Shown here one piece after another: positions 1-12,953 of a stretch of DNA of 64,000 nucleotides. The position numbers and the translations under genes were made by a program. Source of the stretch: Strigamia acuminata (taxonomy: Eukaryota); assembly GCA_949358305.1 (NCBI GenBank), contig OX442314.1:9424001-9488000 (forward strand), in the 5' to 3' direction. The notes beneath the pieces are model-generated. The model ran no database searches. It was given only the letters and a program-made list of their open reading frames with translations, and had not been told where the DNA came from. Numbering within the stretch: position 1 is the first letter of the stretch; each line of letters starts with the position of its first letter.

Positions 1-96
1 TAATGCAGCAAAGCCAGCTTAAAAGTTACGCTGGAGCTTTAAAGGGGCAGAAAATTTCAACTCAGAATAATTAATTAAATAAGTAACCGAACTATA

Positions 97-499
97 CTCT
101 AACTCACTATAAGTTGGGCCTTTCTCCCATTGGGCGAGCCATTTCACTTGTGTAGTGATACAAAAAAAAGACCAAACTACCAAAATTGCACTTGATGTAC
201 AGACATTGTAATCGAAAAAAATAATTCAAAAATTGTTTGTTTTCCTGACAAAGCAAGCAATAAACTAAACATACATATACGAATACGATGAATTAAAAAC
301 AGCTTAAAACTTAATTTTATGAATGAAAAAAACATTTCATTATAAAATACAAATAAATTTAAATCATTACAAAAATAAAAAAAATTATAAAAATACAAAA
401 CTACTTATCCCGGTGGCAGTACACAGTCTACAGTCATGCGTAATGAGGCTCGCCCAATGGGAGAAAGGCGCAACTTATAGTACTTATAGTGAGTTAGAG
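97..499. mobile_element. MITE with ~50-bp terminal inverted repeats
   Basis: CTCTAACTCACTATAAGTTGGGCCTTTCTCCCATTGGGCGAGCC (from 97) is mirrored by GGCTCGCCCAATGGGAGAAAGGCGCAACTTATAGT..GAGTTAGAG (to 499). TATA flanks both sides (TA/TATA TSD). AT-rich non-coding interior. Confidence 0.8.
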
Positions 500-1189
500 T
501 ATACAACACATTCAATTCTAAAATAGCTTTCAAAAACCGTTTTTCGTCGTTTTCCGAAAAATAAAACTTTTATTTGTCACCACACAATTCATCAGGAAAT
601 CCACCTAATCGCATTGCATCAACAATCCGATTGTAATTACACTTAAAAGCGTGGCAATTTTTCAAAATTCAATCGCACCCGAGCAAATCTTATCACATAA
701 TGAGCGGCCATTCATTTTTTAGACTTTAGTGGATTTGCAGGTCTTTAAGAAACAAATAGTCTCCAGGATTAGTAACTCTGACATGCATTTGCAAAAGAAC
801 GAACGCCTTGATAAAGTGAGAAAGCGAGCTCGTCGGGTCGAAATAATTTCGATGCCAACAGTGCGCGTAGGGGGTCTTTGGAGAGGAAAAAAAAGTGGAG
901 GGAGGGGACGGAATTGAAAGGCCAAAAGGAATCCCTCTCAAATCTCGGCTCCACTTATTCATCATCAGGAACGTCCTTAGTCCATTTTTCAATGTACTAA
1001 TGAGAAACTCCCACAACTAAGTTTCACTCGCTTATTGATTGGTCACACAAATCCTCTGTTCGAGGGCCGGAAGTGGGGAAAAAGTGTCAATGTTCGGTTT
1101 GAGTAGTTTCAGTAGTTTTTTTTTCTCTCGATATTTTTCTCGTTTTTTCGGTGGAATTTTTTGCGCTTTTTTTCGAGGTTTCTAAAAGT

Positions 1190-2140
1190 ATTTTTTCGAT
1201 GGTTTTCATCATTATTTTGATGTTTTTAATAAATTTTCGATGTTTTTCATCATTTTTTCGATGTTTTAATCATTATTTCGATGTTTCTCATCATTTTTTG
1301 ATGTTTTTCATCATTTTTTCGATGTTTTTCATTATTTTTTCGATGTTTTTCATCATTTTTTCGATGTTTCTCATCATTTTTTTGATGTTTTTCATCAGTA
1401 TTTCGATGTTTTTAATAAATTTTTGATGTTTTTCACTTTTTTTTCGATATTTTCCACAATTTTTTCAATAAATTTTTTATGTTTTTCACAATTTTTTAGA
1501 TATTTTCCACAATTTTTTCAATGTTTTCATCCATTTTGATGTTTTCTACCTTTTTTTCGATATTTTCCACAATTTTTTCAATGTTTTCATCCATTTTGAT
1601 GTTTTCAACCTTTTTTTCGATATTTTCCACAATTTTTTCAATGTTTTCATCCATTTTGATGTTTTCTACCTTTTTTAAATCAATTTTCTAAGTTTTCCTC
1701 ATTTTCATAATTTTTTTTGATATTTTCCTATGTTTTCCTTATTTTATCGAGGTTTTTTCTTCTTTTTTCATCATTACTTCGATGTTTTTCATCATTTTTG
1801 ATGTTTTCACAATTTTTTCGATATTTTTCACAATTTTCTCGATGTTTTTCATCCTTTTTGATGTTTTTCCTCATTTTTCGATATTTTCCTCTTTTCTTCA
1901 ACAGTTTCCTTCGACCCGAAATCAATTTGATTTTTTCCTATTTTTATTCGATTTTATTTCCGATTATTTCCAACATTTTTCCGATGTATTCAACAATTTT
2001 TCCATTTTCCTCCAAATTTTTTTCTTTCGCTATTTCTTCAAATTTCTCCAACATTTTTTTTTCATTTTCCACCAAATTTTTTTCCCTTCGATATTTCTTC
2101 AAATTTTTCCTCTATTTTTCAATATCTTCCCTTTTTTTCC
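1190..2140. repeat. Degenerate T-rich tandem array (~21-bp TCGATGTTTTTCATCATTTTT; ~60-bp higher-order unit at ~1500-1680)
   Basis: Visible periodicity; explains the Phe/Ile-rich spurious ORFs. Confidence 0.85.
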
Positions 2141-2802
2141 TGGCTTCAAAGGGTTGAAATGGCGTCACGTTGGTAGGGCCGTGACGTTCAGCCCGGGCTC
2201 CGCGTGATGGGAAAATCAAAAACAAATCGAGAGTGAATTTGAATTGCAAACGAGGATCGGTTGACAGGGTGAAACATTTGCACGGATCCGCACATTACAT
2301 CCACCGAACAGAAGAGAAAGCGGCAGAAAAAGTGAAATTGATCGAAATTAGCCCGCAAACCTAACCCTAATCCCGCATTGTGTGCAATACAATGTACACC
2401 GAGGGAAATGAAGGGAGGAAGACCAAAGAGAGAGAGATAGCAGAGTGAAAAGAAATTTACATGTGTATATTTGCACAATAAATGGGTCAAAAACCAAACC
2501 AGAAACCGCTGCAGTTTGTATTGTGTGGTGGCGCCACTTAATGGTTACATTTTCCTTCAAGTTGTTAGGAATAGATACAATTGTAGCAATATTGTACAAC
2601 AATAATCACTCATAATTTAATGCTTGGGCCTAAAAATGCATGTACAATACGTTAATTAATGGCTAACTAAAATGTGCATTGTATACAGTCAATTTCTAGA
2701 ATAAGTATATGCTTTTTCAAAAAACCAAGCAAAGATGGGATGACGAATTCAATAGTTTAGTCAAATTTTATGTCGGGCATGCAACAATGCACTTTTCATT
2801 CG

Positions 2803-3284
2803 CTAAAATATCCAATTTAGTGCCTAAAATATCCAATTTAATGCCTAAAATATCCAATTTAGTGCCTAAAATATCCAATTTAGTGCCTAAAATATCCAAT
2901 TTAGTGCGTGAAATATCCAATTTAATGCCTGAAATATCCATTTTTGTGCCTAAAATATCCATTTTTGTGCCTAAAATATCCATTTTTGTGCCTAAAATAT
3001 CCATTTTTGTGCCTAAAATATCCATTTTTGTGCCTAAAATATCCATTTTTGTGCCTAAAATATCCATTTTTGTGCCTAAAATATCCATTTTTGTGCCTAA
3101 AATATCCATTTTTGTGCCTAAAATATCCATTTTTGTGCCTAAAATATCCATTTTTGTGCCTAAAATATCCATTTTTGTGCCTAAAATATCCATTTTTGTG
3201 CCTAAAATATCCATTTTTGTGCCTAAAATATCCATTTTTGTGCCTAAAATATCCATTTTTGTGCCTAAAATATCCATTTTTGTG
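2803..3284. repeat. 21-bp minisatellite (GTGCCTAAAATATCCATTTTT)n
   Basis: About 23 near-perfect units; gives the VPKISIF repeats in the ORF track. Confidence 0.97.
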
Positions 3285-4399
3285 AATATTTTCTAAAAAC
3301 TTCAAACAAATTACCATCTAAAAAAATCTATTTCTTCCAAACCAAACTACCGGTGTACAACTCAATTTGACCATTCCCACAGCACCCAACTCACTACACA
3401 TCACTAAACCAAACGGAAACACTACACTTCCAGTACTCAAACTAGCCCATGAATACCAAACTCACTTGACGACCCACAAAAACAGCCCTACAAATCCCGA
3501 CAGAAAAAAAAAATCACCGCCATTCGTCCGTAATCGCTCACTAATTCGTTCCTCTTACGACGCCATCACGCGCCACTTCTTATAACTAAATAGCAGATGA
3601 GCCGGGCACAAATACCACTTGCTTTTCTTCCATCAAACTGCGAGCCAAAGTCTTGCCATAACATCTGTTTGATGGCGCCCATTGCACGTGCAAGGACGCA
3701 ACAAATTCCCCAATATCCACTCCAATAAAACGCTCGGACGCACGGATTAAACGCTCGCCAAACGCGCGCACAAAACGTCGAGTCGACAACGTCCAAGTGC
3801 AACATTAATCCTTTGATTACCCGAGTTTGAATATAAAAAGGGAGGAAAGAACAAAAGTGGAATTAAGATTTACTTTGAAACGCGCCTCCTTAAATTTCGA
3901 GTAGTCAATAAAGGAACGCTCGGAAATGACACTAAAAACAAATATACAACTTTCGGGAGCCTCGATTTGGATGATCAGTGATCACGAATGTCGATTGTGG
4001 CGTCATTTCGTTGTAACGAGGTTGTCGGGTCGAATTTAGAATTTTGGAGTAAAATTAAATTTTTTTCAGGTGAAAACTTTTCTAAATTTGAACACACCTA
4101 TACAGTCGAACCTCCTTATAACGAATCGCGATATAACGAATAGTAAAAAATGAAAAAATACATTTTTGATGCAGGAATGCTTCTATTTATGGAGAATTTT
4201 ATTTTTCGGTGCAGAAATGCATTTTTGTGTGCAACAATGCTTTTTTATGTGAAAATGGCATTTTTTAAAGGTTTTAAATGGAATTTTCAAACGGGAAAAA
4301 TGCATTATTTATGTTCAGAAATGTATTTTTCAGTAGAAAATGGCATTTTTTCTATGCAGAATTTTATGCGCAAATAAATTTTTATGGTGACAAAATGCA

Positions 4400-4790
4400 A
4401 CTTTATGATGCAAAAATGAATTTTTTTGGTGCAAAAATGAATTTTTTTGGTGCAAAAATATTTTTTTTGGGTGCAAAAATGCATTTTTAAAGTGCAAAAA
4501 TGCATTTTTAATGTGCAAAAATGCATTTTAAGATGCAAAAATGCATTTTAAGATGCAAAAATGCATTTTTAATGTGCAAAAATGCATTTTTAATGTGCAA
4601 AAATGCATTTTTAATGTGCAAAAACGCATTTTAAGGTACAAAAATGCATTTTAAAGATATAGAAATGCATTTTTAATGTGCAAAAACGTATTTTAAGGTG
4701 TAAAAATGCATTTTAAAGATATAGAAATGCATTTTTAAAGTGCAGCAATGCATTTTTAAGTGCATAAATCCATTTTTAAGATGCCTAAAT
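4400..4790. repeat. 20-21-bp tandem array (GCAAAAATGCATTTTTAATGT)
   Basis: Repeated palindromic AAAAATGCATTTTT core. Confidence 0.9.
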
Positions 4791-5269
4791 ATTTCCTGGT
4801 TTTAAAAAAAATATATATTAATTATTTTTTTTTTAAACTTTAACCATAAGTGTTTCTATCGTTTCTATCGTGATTATCAAGTTAGGCGCGCAGTTTTTTC
4901 TCCTATTAATTTCCAGTCGAGTGGATGTGCTCTGCCGTGGGCACTTGTCATCCACACTGTTACTAAATAACAGTTGATCCTAATGGACATAATTTCCGGT
5001 GGATTCGAATTTCACCTGAACTAATTGTCGCCGAGGTCGTTCGATGATTTATAACAACCGGTCAAATGATTTTACAACTTAAGCTTTTATTATTTATTTT
5101 AATGACTTTTGCAAACTACAACTATAGCTCGTGTGAAAATATAGCTCCGCATTCTTTTTTACCAAATAATCGATTACACAACAAGAAGTTGTTTTAAAAA
5201 TCGATTTTGTCGTGGTTAGAATTGGAATCTGATTTTAAAGAATTTTTTAAAGTTATATGCAATTTTTTT

Positions 5270-5930
5270 TGCAAATTAGAGAATTAATCGATTTTTTTTG
5301 CGAATGAGAGAATTAATCGATTTTTTTTAAAAATTAGAAAATTAATCGATTTTTTTTAAAAATTAGAAAATTAATCGATTTTTTTTAAAAATTAGAAAAT
5401 TAATCGATTTTTTTAAAATCGATTTTTATAATACAGTTAACTTTTTGATCGATTTTTCTGGAGCGAGATTTTATCAGGAAATGTTTTAAAATATCGACTT
5501 TTCTTTCAAAATGTTGTATTTCAAATACCGATATTTACAAAAGATCGATTTTTATGTCAATTTTCTTTTTGCAAAAATCGATTTTTATATCAAGTGTTTT
5601 TGCAAAAATCGATTTTTCTTCAATTTTTTTTGCAAAAATTGAGTTTTCGTAAAATATTTTTTGTAAAAATCGATTTTTCATAAAACAATTTTTAAAAATT
5701 GATTTCTCCTCAAAATCTTTGAAAAAAATCGATTATTTCGTAAAATATTTTGCAAAATCGATTTTTCCTTAATTTTTTGTAAAAAAATCGATTATTTCCT
5801 AAAATAGTTTGTAAAAAAATCGATTATTTCCTAAAATATTTTGTAAAAAAATCGATTATTTCCTAAAATATTTTGTAAAAAATCGATTATTTCCTAAAAT
5901 ATTTTGTAAAAATCGATCTTAATTTCTTTT
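5270..5930. repeat. ~31-bp tandem arrays with AATCGATT core
   Basis: AAAATTAGAAAATTAATCGATTTTTTTTA and AAAATCGATTATTTCCTAAAATATTTTGTAA units. Confidence 0.85.
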
Positions 5931-7456
5931 AAATTGTTGCAAAATTCGATTTTCCCTTAAATCTAATTCCCCAAACAAAACAAAAAAAAAACCAATTCCT
6001 CCTTAAAGACCTCCTCACTTCCCCATTCTCGCCCCATCCTCACCTTTAAAAACCCCTTTTTCCACAAGTGTCCAGGTGTTTGATGGACGAGTTGACAAAT
6101 TCCAAACGAGGTCAAAGGTAACCTCATCACCAAATCACATCACGACTCCGCTGATGAACGCGTGGGTGGGTGTCTTGACCAACTCAAAAGAGACACGCTG
6201 GCAGTTGAATCCCATCAATTGCCTCTTACAAATTTAAAGACGAAACACCACATCTCAATGAAACCCACAAATAATGCACTCCAAGCCCATTGGTGCCCAC
6301 TGCGTGACAAACTCACCAGAATTACATTATAAATCATGCACAAATTACAAATAATCCTTTTCTTCCTCCTTCCACGACTATTTTAATAATTTTATTTATA
6401 TTGCGCGCCCTCTCGCGTCAAGAAATGATTAATTATTCACTCGCAAAACCAATTTCCATCTCCACACTTTAATTAATTAATTATTTAATATTCTCACTGA
6501 CAGTTGAATGTTTATAATTGCCGTGCTAAGTTGCGCGCCGTTTGCAGCACGTGGCACGAAGCACGATCTTATCAGTTGTGTAAATTCAAGTTTGTTGTGT
6601 GTTGACACAGAGTGGGCGGAGTAATTGCCGTTGTGAAACAGTGGAGTGTGGTATTAAATAAGCCCAAAGTATTGTCAACAATTTGCATATGTATACTGTT
6701 TAAATTTTAATAATTGCAAAAAAATGACAATCGGCGAAGATTTTTATCTGTGTTGTGGATATTGTAATTATAGAGATCTGTGACGTGTGTGTTGAAGAGA
6801 GTTGGACTGACAACCCTTTGATATGTTCTGCTTCACGTGACATGGAATGACACGACAGGGAAAAAACATAGGTTCGTTCAAAGTTTATGCTGTTTATAAA
6901 AATTGTGCGCAGAAACGAGCCTAACCGTAAATGTGTTCGTTTTTAGGCCCGTTTGTTGTATCGTTTTTGCGTCAAATTGAGGTTTCGGTACGTCTATCTG
7001 TGGGTTCTTGTTGGTTAATGAAGACCAAATGAGAAATAATGTTGTCTCTTTTTTGGACATAAAATAGTTTGATCTTTACTCGACCAAAAACAAGCAGCAA
7101 CTGTACAAATGCAATATTTCAATTCAAAATGTAAACTAGGCAGCAAAAGAACAATACTGTGACTAACAAATAATATATAAAATATTATAATGATAAAAAA
7201 TGAAAATCTCACAGTTGTGACTCCCTTATATAAACGTAATGAAACATATACTCACATTTTTGGAGTTTCTTTGGTTGCCGGACTACGGTATGAATTTGAC
7301 CAGAATGCCGGTAAACCCCGTTTTTACTGACACGTTGTTTCAAATAATTTTTTTAAAATGAGAAATGAACCGAAACAAGCTTGAAAAGCATTTTTAGACG
7401 TCCAAAACGTCCGAAATTAGTCTAAATTTCTATAAATTTACACAAATTTTATTAAA

Positions 7457-7935
7457 AACCTTCAGAATATCTAGAAATCTCACATTTCCGGCCCCAAATT
7501 CCAACACACCCGTACTAAAAAGGGTATTATAAAAAGAAAAAAATTTTGCAAACACTTTATTCTTTAATAACAGCTCCACTTATTCAAATGCAAGCCAACC
7601 ACAACAATTAAATGTCACATTTCGTCATCCAACATCAGGTTATACCAAAAAACATCGCAAATCACGATTTCAACGTTCGAGAAATAAATAAAATGTTGTT
7701 GTTCCTCTTGGTTAAATCGTAGCAAAACAGATTATTTGGCATGAATAAGCTCACTTCCTGCATTTAAGTTATTATTTCAATTTTCTAATGCAATCGAGAC
7801 GTGTTAAAACATCCCCTTTACTCCCCCATTCTGCTCCCCACAATCGGTACGAAAATGACGCCACATTTAAGATGATTCACCAAACCCAGACAATGCGTGT
7901 ACAACTTTGTGACGAAAAAACAACGCTACAGGTGC
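7457..7935 (+). repeat. ~480-bp dispersed repeat, copy 1 (inverted copy at 30768-31234)
   Basis: Reverse complement aligns by eye along its length, e.g. GAAAATGACGCCACATTTAAGATGATTCACC vs GGTGAATCATCTTAAATGTGGCGTCATTTTC. Confidence 0.9.
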
Positions 7936-7994
7936 GACTTATAAATCCTGTTAAATCTACGATTTCAGCATTTTGGGCAGATTGTTAGTTTCTG

Positions 7995-8647
7995 AAACAA
8001 GAAGATTTACTAAAGATTTCAGAGATTTGCTGTAGATTTGAAGATTTACTAAAGATTTCAGGAATTTGCTGTGAATTTGAAGATTTACTAATGATTTCAG
8101 AAATTTGCTGTGGATTTCAGGGATTTTCTGTGGATTTCAGGAATTTTCTGTAGATTTCAGGGATTTTATGTGGATTTCAGGAATTTTCTGTAGATTTCAG
8201 GGATTTTCTGTGGATTTCAGGAATTTTGTGTGGATTTCAAGATTTACTACAGATTTCAGGAATTTGCTGTGGATTTGAAGATTTACTAGAAATTTCAGGG
8301 ATTTGCTGTAGATTTAAAGATTTACTAATGATTTCAGGGATTTGCTGTAGATTTAAAGATTTACTAATGATTTCAGGGATTTGCTGTCGATTTGAAGATT
8401 TACTAATGATTTCAGGGATTTGCTGTGGATTTGAAGATTTACTAAAAATTTCAGGGATTTGCTGTGGATTTGAAAATTTCAGGGATTTGCTGTGGATTTG
8501 AAAATTTTAGGGATTTGCTAGATTTTGCTACAATTTCCGAAACAATTCATAAGATTTCATTCAATATCCAGCATTTCTAAGATTTCTGGGATTTTGAAAT
8601 CCAAAATCTTGACCCATATGAGATTTCCAGCATTGGCTATCCTCTTG
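7995..8647 (-). mobile_element. Partial copy of satellite-bearing MITE (same family as 14084-14820)
   Basis: Right end reads CAAGAGGATAGCCAATGCTGGAAATCTC on the minus strand, matching the left end of 14084-14820. Interior has 20- and 39-bp GATTTCAGGGATTTGCTGT repeats. Confidence 0.75.
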
Positions 8648-9467
8648 CTCACACACTGTAGATTATTACAATGTATATTTTATATTTTATAAACACTAAT
8701 AATCAATTATTAGATTTTTCTGTGGCCTCCAATAAGTGGGAGCCCTAAGCAACGGCTTATTTCACTTATACGTAAATCCTGCCCTGGATACCAATCAAAA
8801 ACTGTAGTATTTGAGTGCAAGTGTTTTGTAAGCTTATTTGTGTCATGATAGAATGCAATTAGCCATTTTTGTTATAGTTTGGGAAAAAAATCGCATCAGT
8901 TTAAAGCTACTACTGTACTGCTCAATGCAAAGGGCACGCATTCCATCAAGGTGAAACCTGATGGTCACTGGACATTCAGAGTTCCTGTTATTCTTCGAGA
9001 CCACAAAAACATTACAGATCATTCACAGTGATGCCAAAACTGACAAAGCGGAAGATGGTGTGGGACTAACTCTCGCTGAATACTGATTACACTCCCCGCA
9101 GTCCCTTCCATCAACACTTAAAGGACAACAATGAGAGAGCAACGTACACTAATCATGCGTATCATTCTGTATTCTTCATATTTACCGCGTATACTAATTG
9201 CTAAAAAGGCGGTTTACTTTTCTGATTTTGCAATTTTAACAATTTTGCACTTTTGGATTTGTCGCGCGATATCAGTTCCACCAATCACGTGCGTAATTGC
9301 AAAAACACAAAAGAGCAAAATCGCAAAATCGCAAAATCAAGCAAAAGATTTCGTCAAACGAACCTGTGGTCAGTAAAAATTGGACTGGTTAGACAGGGAC
9401 AGGAAGTCCATATTAGGGCATGCCCTCCCCCCCGGCGGAATTTTCTTTAAAGTACTGAATTCTGGTA

Positions 9468-9752
9468 CCGTACTGAATCGTTTGAACGCCCGGGAGTTGA
9501 ATAGTTCTTTTAAGCTGACCCCGGCGCCAATTTGAAACCCGGCGTTTATTCGGACCAGGCGCATAACCAAAAAACGTCGGCGATTTTTCGCAAAAAAACG
9601 TAATTTTTCTGCAAAAATCACTATTTTTTCGCAAAAATCAGCGATTTTTTTGTTGGGACTCGGCGCTTAATCGGGGCCGGCGCCAATTCCATAGATCGTC
9701 AATGACTACCGGGCGTCTTAATGAACCCAGGCGCTTAAACGAAGCGGTACAG
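9468..9752. mobile_element. Tc1/mariner-superfamily-like MITE (CCGTA-type ends, TA TSD)
   Basis: TA-CCGTACTGAATCGTTTGAACGCCCGGG ... CCCAGGCGCTTAAACGAAGCGGTACAG-TA imperfect TIRs; internal CCGGCG repeats. Confidence 0.7.
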
Positions 9753-11162
9753 TACAGATATACATATTGGACAAGCTATAAATAACATTATTTATTTGTT
9801 GATGTTATACAATCGCATTTCGCTAATTATGGTTACAACTACATAATATCCAATTTCCAAAATTTCATCGTCCAAAGTTCCGCTAAAACTAAAGTTTCAT
9901 TAGTCGAATGACTTTATAATTTGGCTGTAATTTATCACTCCAAAACATGCTTAATTCATCAATAAATGAATAAATCTCACTTTTGATGACTCATTACTCA
10001 CACTTTCAGCATGACACCAGTTTACAAAGAAATTTTATTAATCATTCTCAATAATGTTAAAACTGACTCTTATTAAAAATCAATAAAATTATACAAAAGC
10101 TGTTTTTAAAAAAAAAAAAAAAAAAAAAAATTTAGAAAAAAATAAAAAGAAAAATATTTTTCTTGACTTCTATTTTGACGAAACTCAGCGTGAAATCCAG
10201 AACTTTTCCCCTGGTGCCAATTTTGGTTAAGTCATTTGCAAGATGGCGACTTTGATCCAGTTGTTTGAGGGATGGTGATAAATCATGTCCGACTTGTTGA
10301 GCTGGGAGTTGATCGCTCTTTAAATATTCACAATGTGCTGTCGGGTCTCGAAAACTGTTTCAACTCCCCTCTTACTCGCGTTCGCACGCGTTCCGAGGAC
10401 AAAGGCGGGACATCCATCATCCAAATACACCCCCATACAAAAGCAAACGACAGATGCAGGTAAAAAAAAAGAAAAAAAAAATTTCAAAGAAAGAAATGGA
10501 AAATGAAAAATGGAGTCACATTCAACTGATTATGTAAACAGGAACTAAACATTAGGATGAAAAGTTCACGGTTTCGCTATTGCAAATCCACAGTGTGGTC
10601 AGTGTGGACTCGAACCGGAAGTCAATAATTCCCACTGCTTCAACTATACCCCTAAGTCATCAATTACGGTATCAATTTTTTTTTGTAAGAGTAATGTACA
10701 CAACGTAAAATCAAATAAAAAAATCGTGTTTGATTCTTTTTTTTTCGATATTTTTTTGCGGCGGAGAAAAAATAAATTTTGTTCGGTATTTTGATAATTT
10801 AATCGATTAAAAACACGCCAAGTCGATTAATTTGATAAAAAATCGATTAAAACGACAAAAAACGATTAAAACGACAAAAAATGATTAAAACGACAACAAA
10901 ATCGATTAAAACGACAATAAAATCGTAAAATCACGCCAAGTCGATTAATTTGATAAAAAAATCGATTAAAACGACAAAAAACCGATTAAAACGACAAAAA
11001 ATGATTAAAACGACAAAAAACAATTAAAACGACAACAAAATCGATTAAAACGACAATAAAATCAATTAAAACAACAATAAAATCGATTAAAACGACAAAA
11101 AAGATTAAAGCGACAACAAAATCGATTAAAACGGCAATAAAAATCGATTAAAACGACAAAAG

Positions 11163-12953
11163 TGGAGTGTCTCGCACTCCATTGGTCAGTCTTGACCATT
11201 GTTATATTTTGTGACGCTGCTACTACAGCGCCTCCTATCTTTGAATAAACTAGTCAGTTATGTAAATCTCAGCAGCACCAACGGTCACGTTATTTTGCAT
11301 GCTCCATTACAGTTTAATTATTTAGTAAGATATATACTAATTGGCGACGAGATGGAATACCAATCCATGCTACCGAATCGATTTTTGCAAAACTGGTGAA
11401 TTTTGGATACTTTTTGGACACTTTTCGGACGCCTGACCACGCTGACCACGCTGACCACACGTTAGGTTTAACACTGTTCCGGTGTTCTCAAGAAAATCGC
11501 CATGCAAAACGGATCAACTTGTAATACCTCACGAACTGTAATGTACAAAATCGCTTAAAATTCGTGTTGAGTGCTGTTTCGGACCCTTGACCACGCCGTG
11601 ACCACGCCGTGACCACGCCGTGACCATGCCGTTAGGCCTACTTCCATGTAAGCCTTTTTCATGCAAAACTTCTGTGATCGCTTCAAGTATCGGTTCACTG
11701 CAACCATATTGCATCAAGAATAACTGGACCCACTACATTGACCAGTTGGACTGCTTTTTCGTGTGCAGTGGCATCACCAATGACACGAAGAAAGTGGTTG
11801 TTTTGCTGTGCATCGTCGGCGGGCTGCCGTACACACGTCTGGCTAACCTGTTTTCCAATGAAGCTTGTGCAGATGACGTTCGCTGCCCTCGCCACGTTGA
11901 AGGCCGATTAACAGCACTCAAAACCCCTCCTCGCGGTCGACATTTTAACACCCGAGTGCAGGGACAGGTGGAATCCGCTGCAGATTTCGCCATTTTGTTG
12001 CAGCTGCGTTCAGAGCACTGCAACTATTTTGATCAACTCCACGGGTTGAGTTGTGTCTACATTCAGCAAACCATCATCAGTCAGTCTGAAATGAAGTTCG
12101 CTCAGGCTCACCAGTCAGCCATTCAGCAAACCATCATCAGTCAGTCTGAAATGAAGTTTGCTCAGGACCAGCCGAAGTTGTTGAATCCTTGTGCCGGCGT
12201 GTGCATCGCAGGTGATGTCACGGACCATCGTTGGTCTAGCCGCACTTTTCGCCCATCAAAACGCTACCGCACGCGTTGGGCACGGGGCCACATTTAGCTC
12301 TCTGTTGTTCAGGCTTCTTGTGAGTGAAGGAGAGAATCATTTCGACTTCCTTTCCGTCTCCCGTCTAGCTGCTAATTAATCAAGCTAGTTCATTCAACTA
12401 TTGTTTATGTATCATGTTGGCATGTCATTGTTTAATTGCATTCATTGTTGGAATCAAAATTCATGTTATGTTCAATTTTACAAGTTTTATTTCGTGCATA
12501 ATTCAGTAGTTTTAAAATCCAAGTATTTTATTGTTCAATTTAAATTTGCATTTCATGTCAAACTGTTACTTTGAATTTACTAATTGCTCCCCTAGTTGGT
12601 TCACAATTGAGGGGATGATGGAGTGTCTTCACTCCAATGCATGTTACTTGTTACCTTTTAATTCATTGTTTAATTGATTGTTTTTAAACCCACTTTAATT
12701 ACATTGCATCCTTGTAGATCAATTGATTTCACTGTTCTAAATTGTTCCTTCCCCCATTCCACAATTGAGGGGATACTGGAGTGTCTCGCACTCCATTGGT
12801 CAGTCTTGACCATTGTTATATTTTGTGACGCTGCTACTACAGCGCCTCCTATCTTTGAATAAACTAGTCAGTTATGTAAATCTCAGCAGCACCAACGGTC
12901 ACGTTATTTTGCATGCTCCATTACAGTTTAATTATTTAGTAAGATATATACTA
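11163..12953 (+). mobile_element. Non-autonomous Ty3/Gypsy LTR element (Mag-like), 1.8 kb
   Basis: 177-bp LTRs at 11163-11339 and 12777-12953, identical by eye. 5-bp TSD AAAAG, PBS TGGCGACGAG at 11342, polypurine GAGGGGA before the 3' LTR. Gag remnant present, no pol. Confidence 0.92.
11686..12170 (+). pseudogene. Degenerate Gypsy gag N-terminal region
   Basis: IGSLQPY..NNWTHYIDQLDCFFVCSGITNDTKKVVVLLCIVGGLPYTRLANL and FNTRVQGQVESAADFAILL resemble Mag-clade gag. Includes a 60-bp internal duplication at ~12060-12167. Confidence 0.75.

Noticed and set aside
2357..2375. Telomere-like AACCTAACCCTAA, also at ~34933
   Set aside because: Only 2-3 imperfect units.
2709..3317. Long repetitive ORFs (VPKISIF, MDILGTK); likewise those at 21476-21829, 28586-28926, 44584-45434, 50613-51124 and 58618-58914
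   Set aside because: Products of tandem arrays, often open in several frames and on both strands; no gene context.
6999..7032. TGTGGGTTCTTGTTGGTTAATGAAGACCAAA shared with 34632-34662 as possible solo-LTR ends
   Set aside because: Match is only ~30 bp; no matching far end or TSD found.
8878..9030. Possible coding exon after TTATAG (LGKKSHQFKATTVLLNAKGTHSIKVKPDGHWTFRVPV...)
   Set aside because: No recognisable homology or partner exons.
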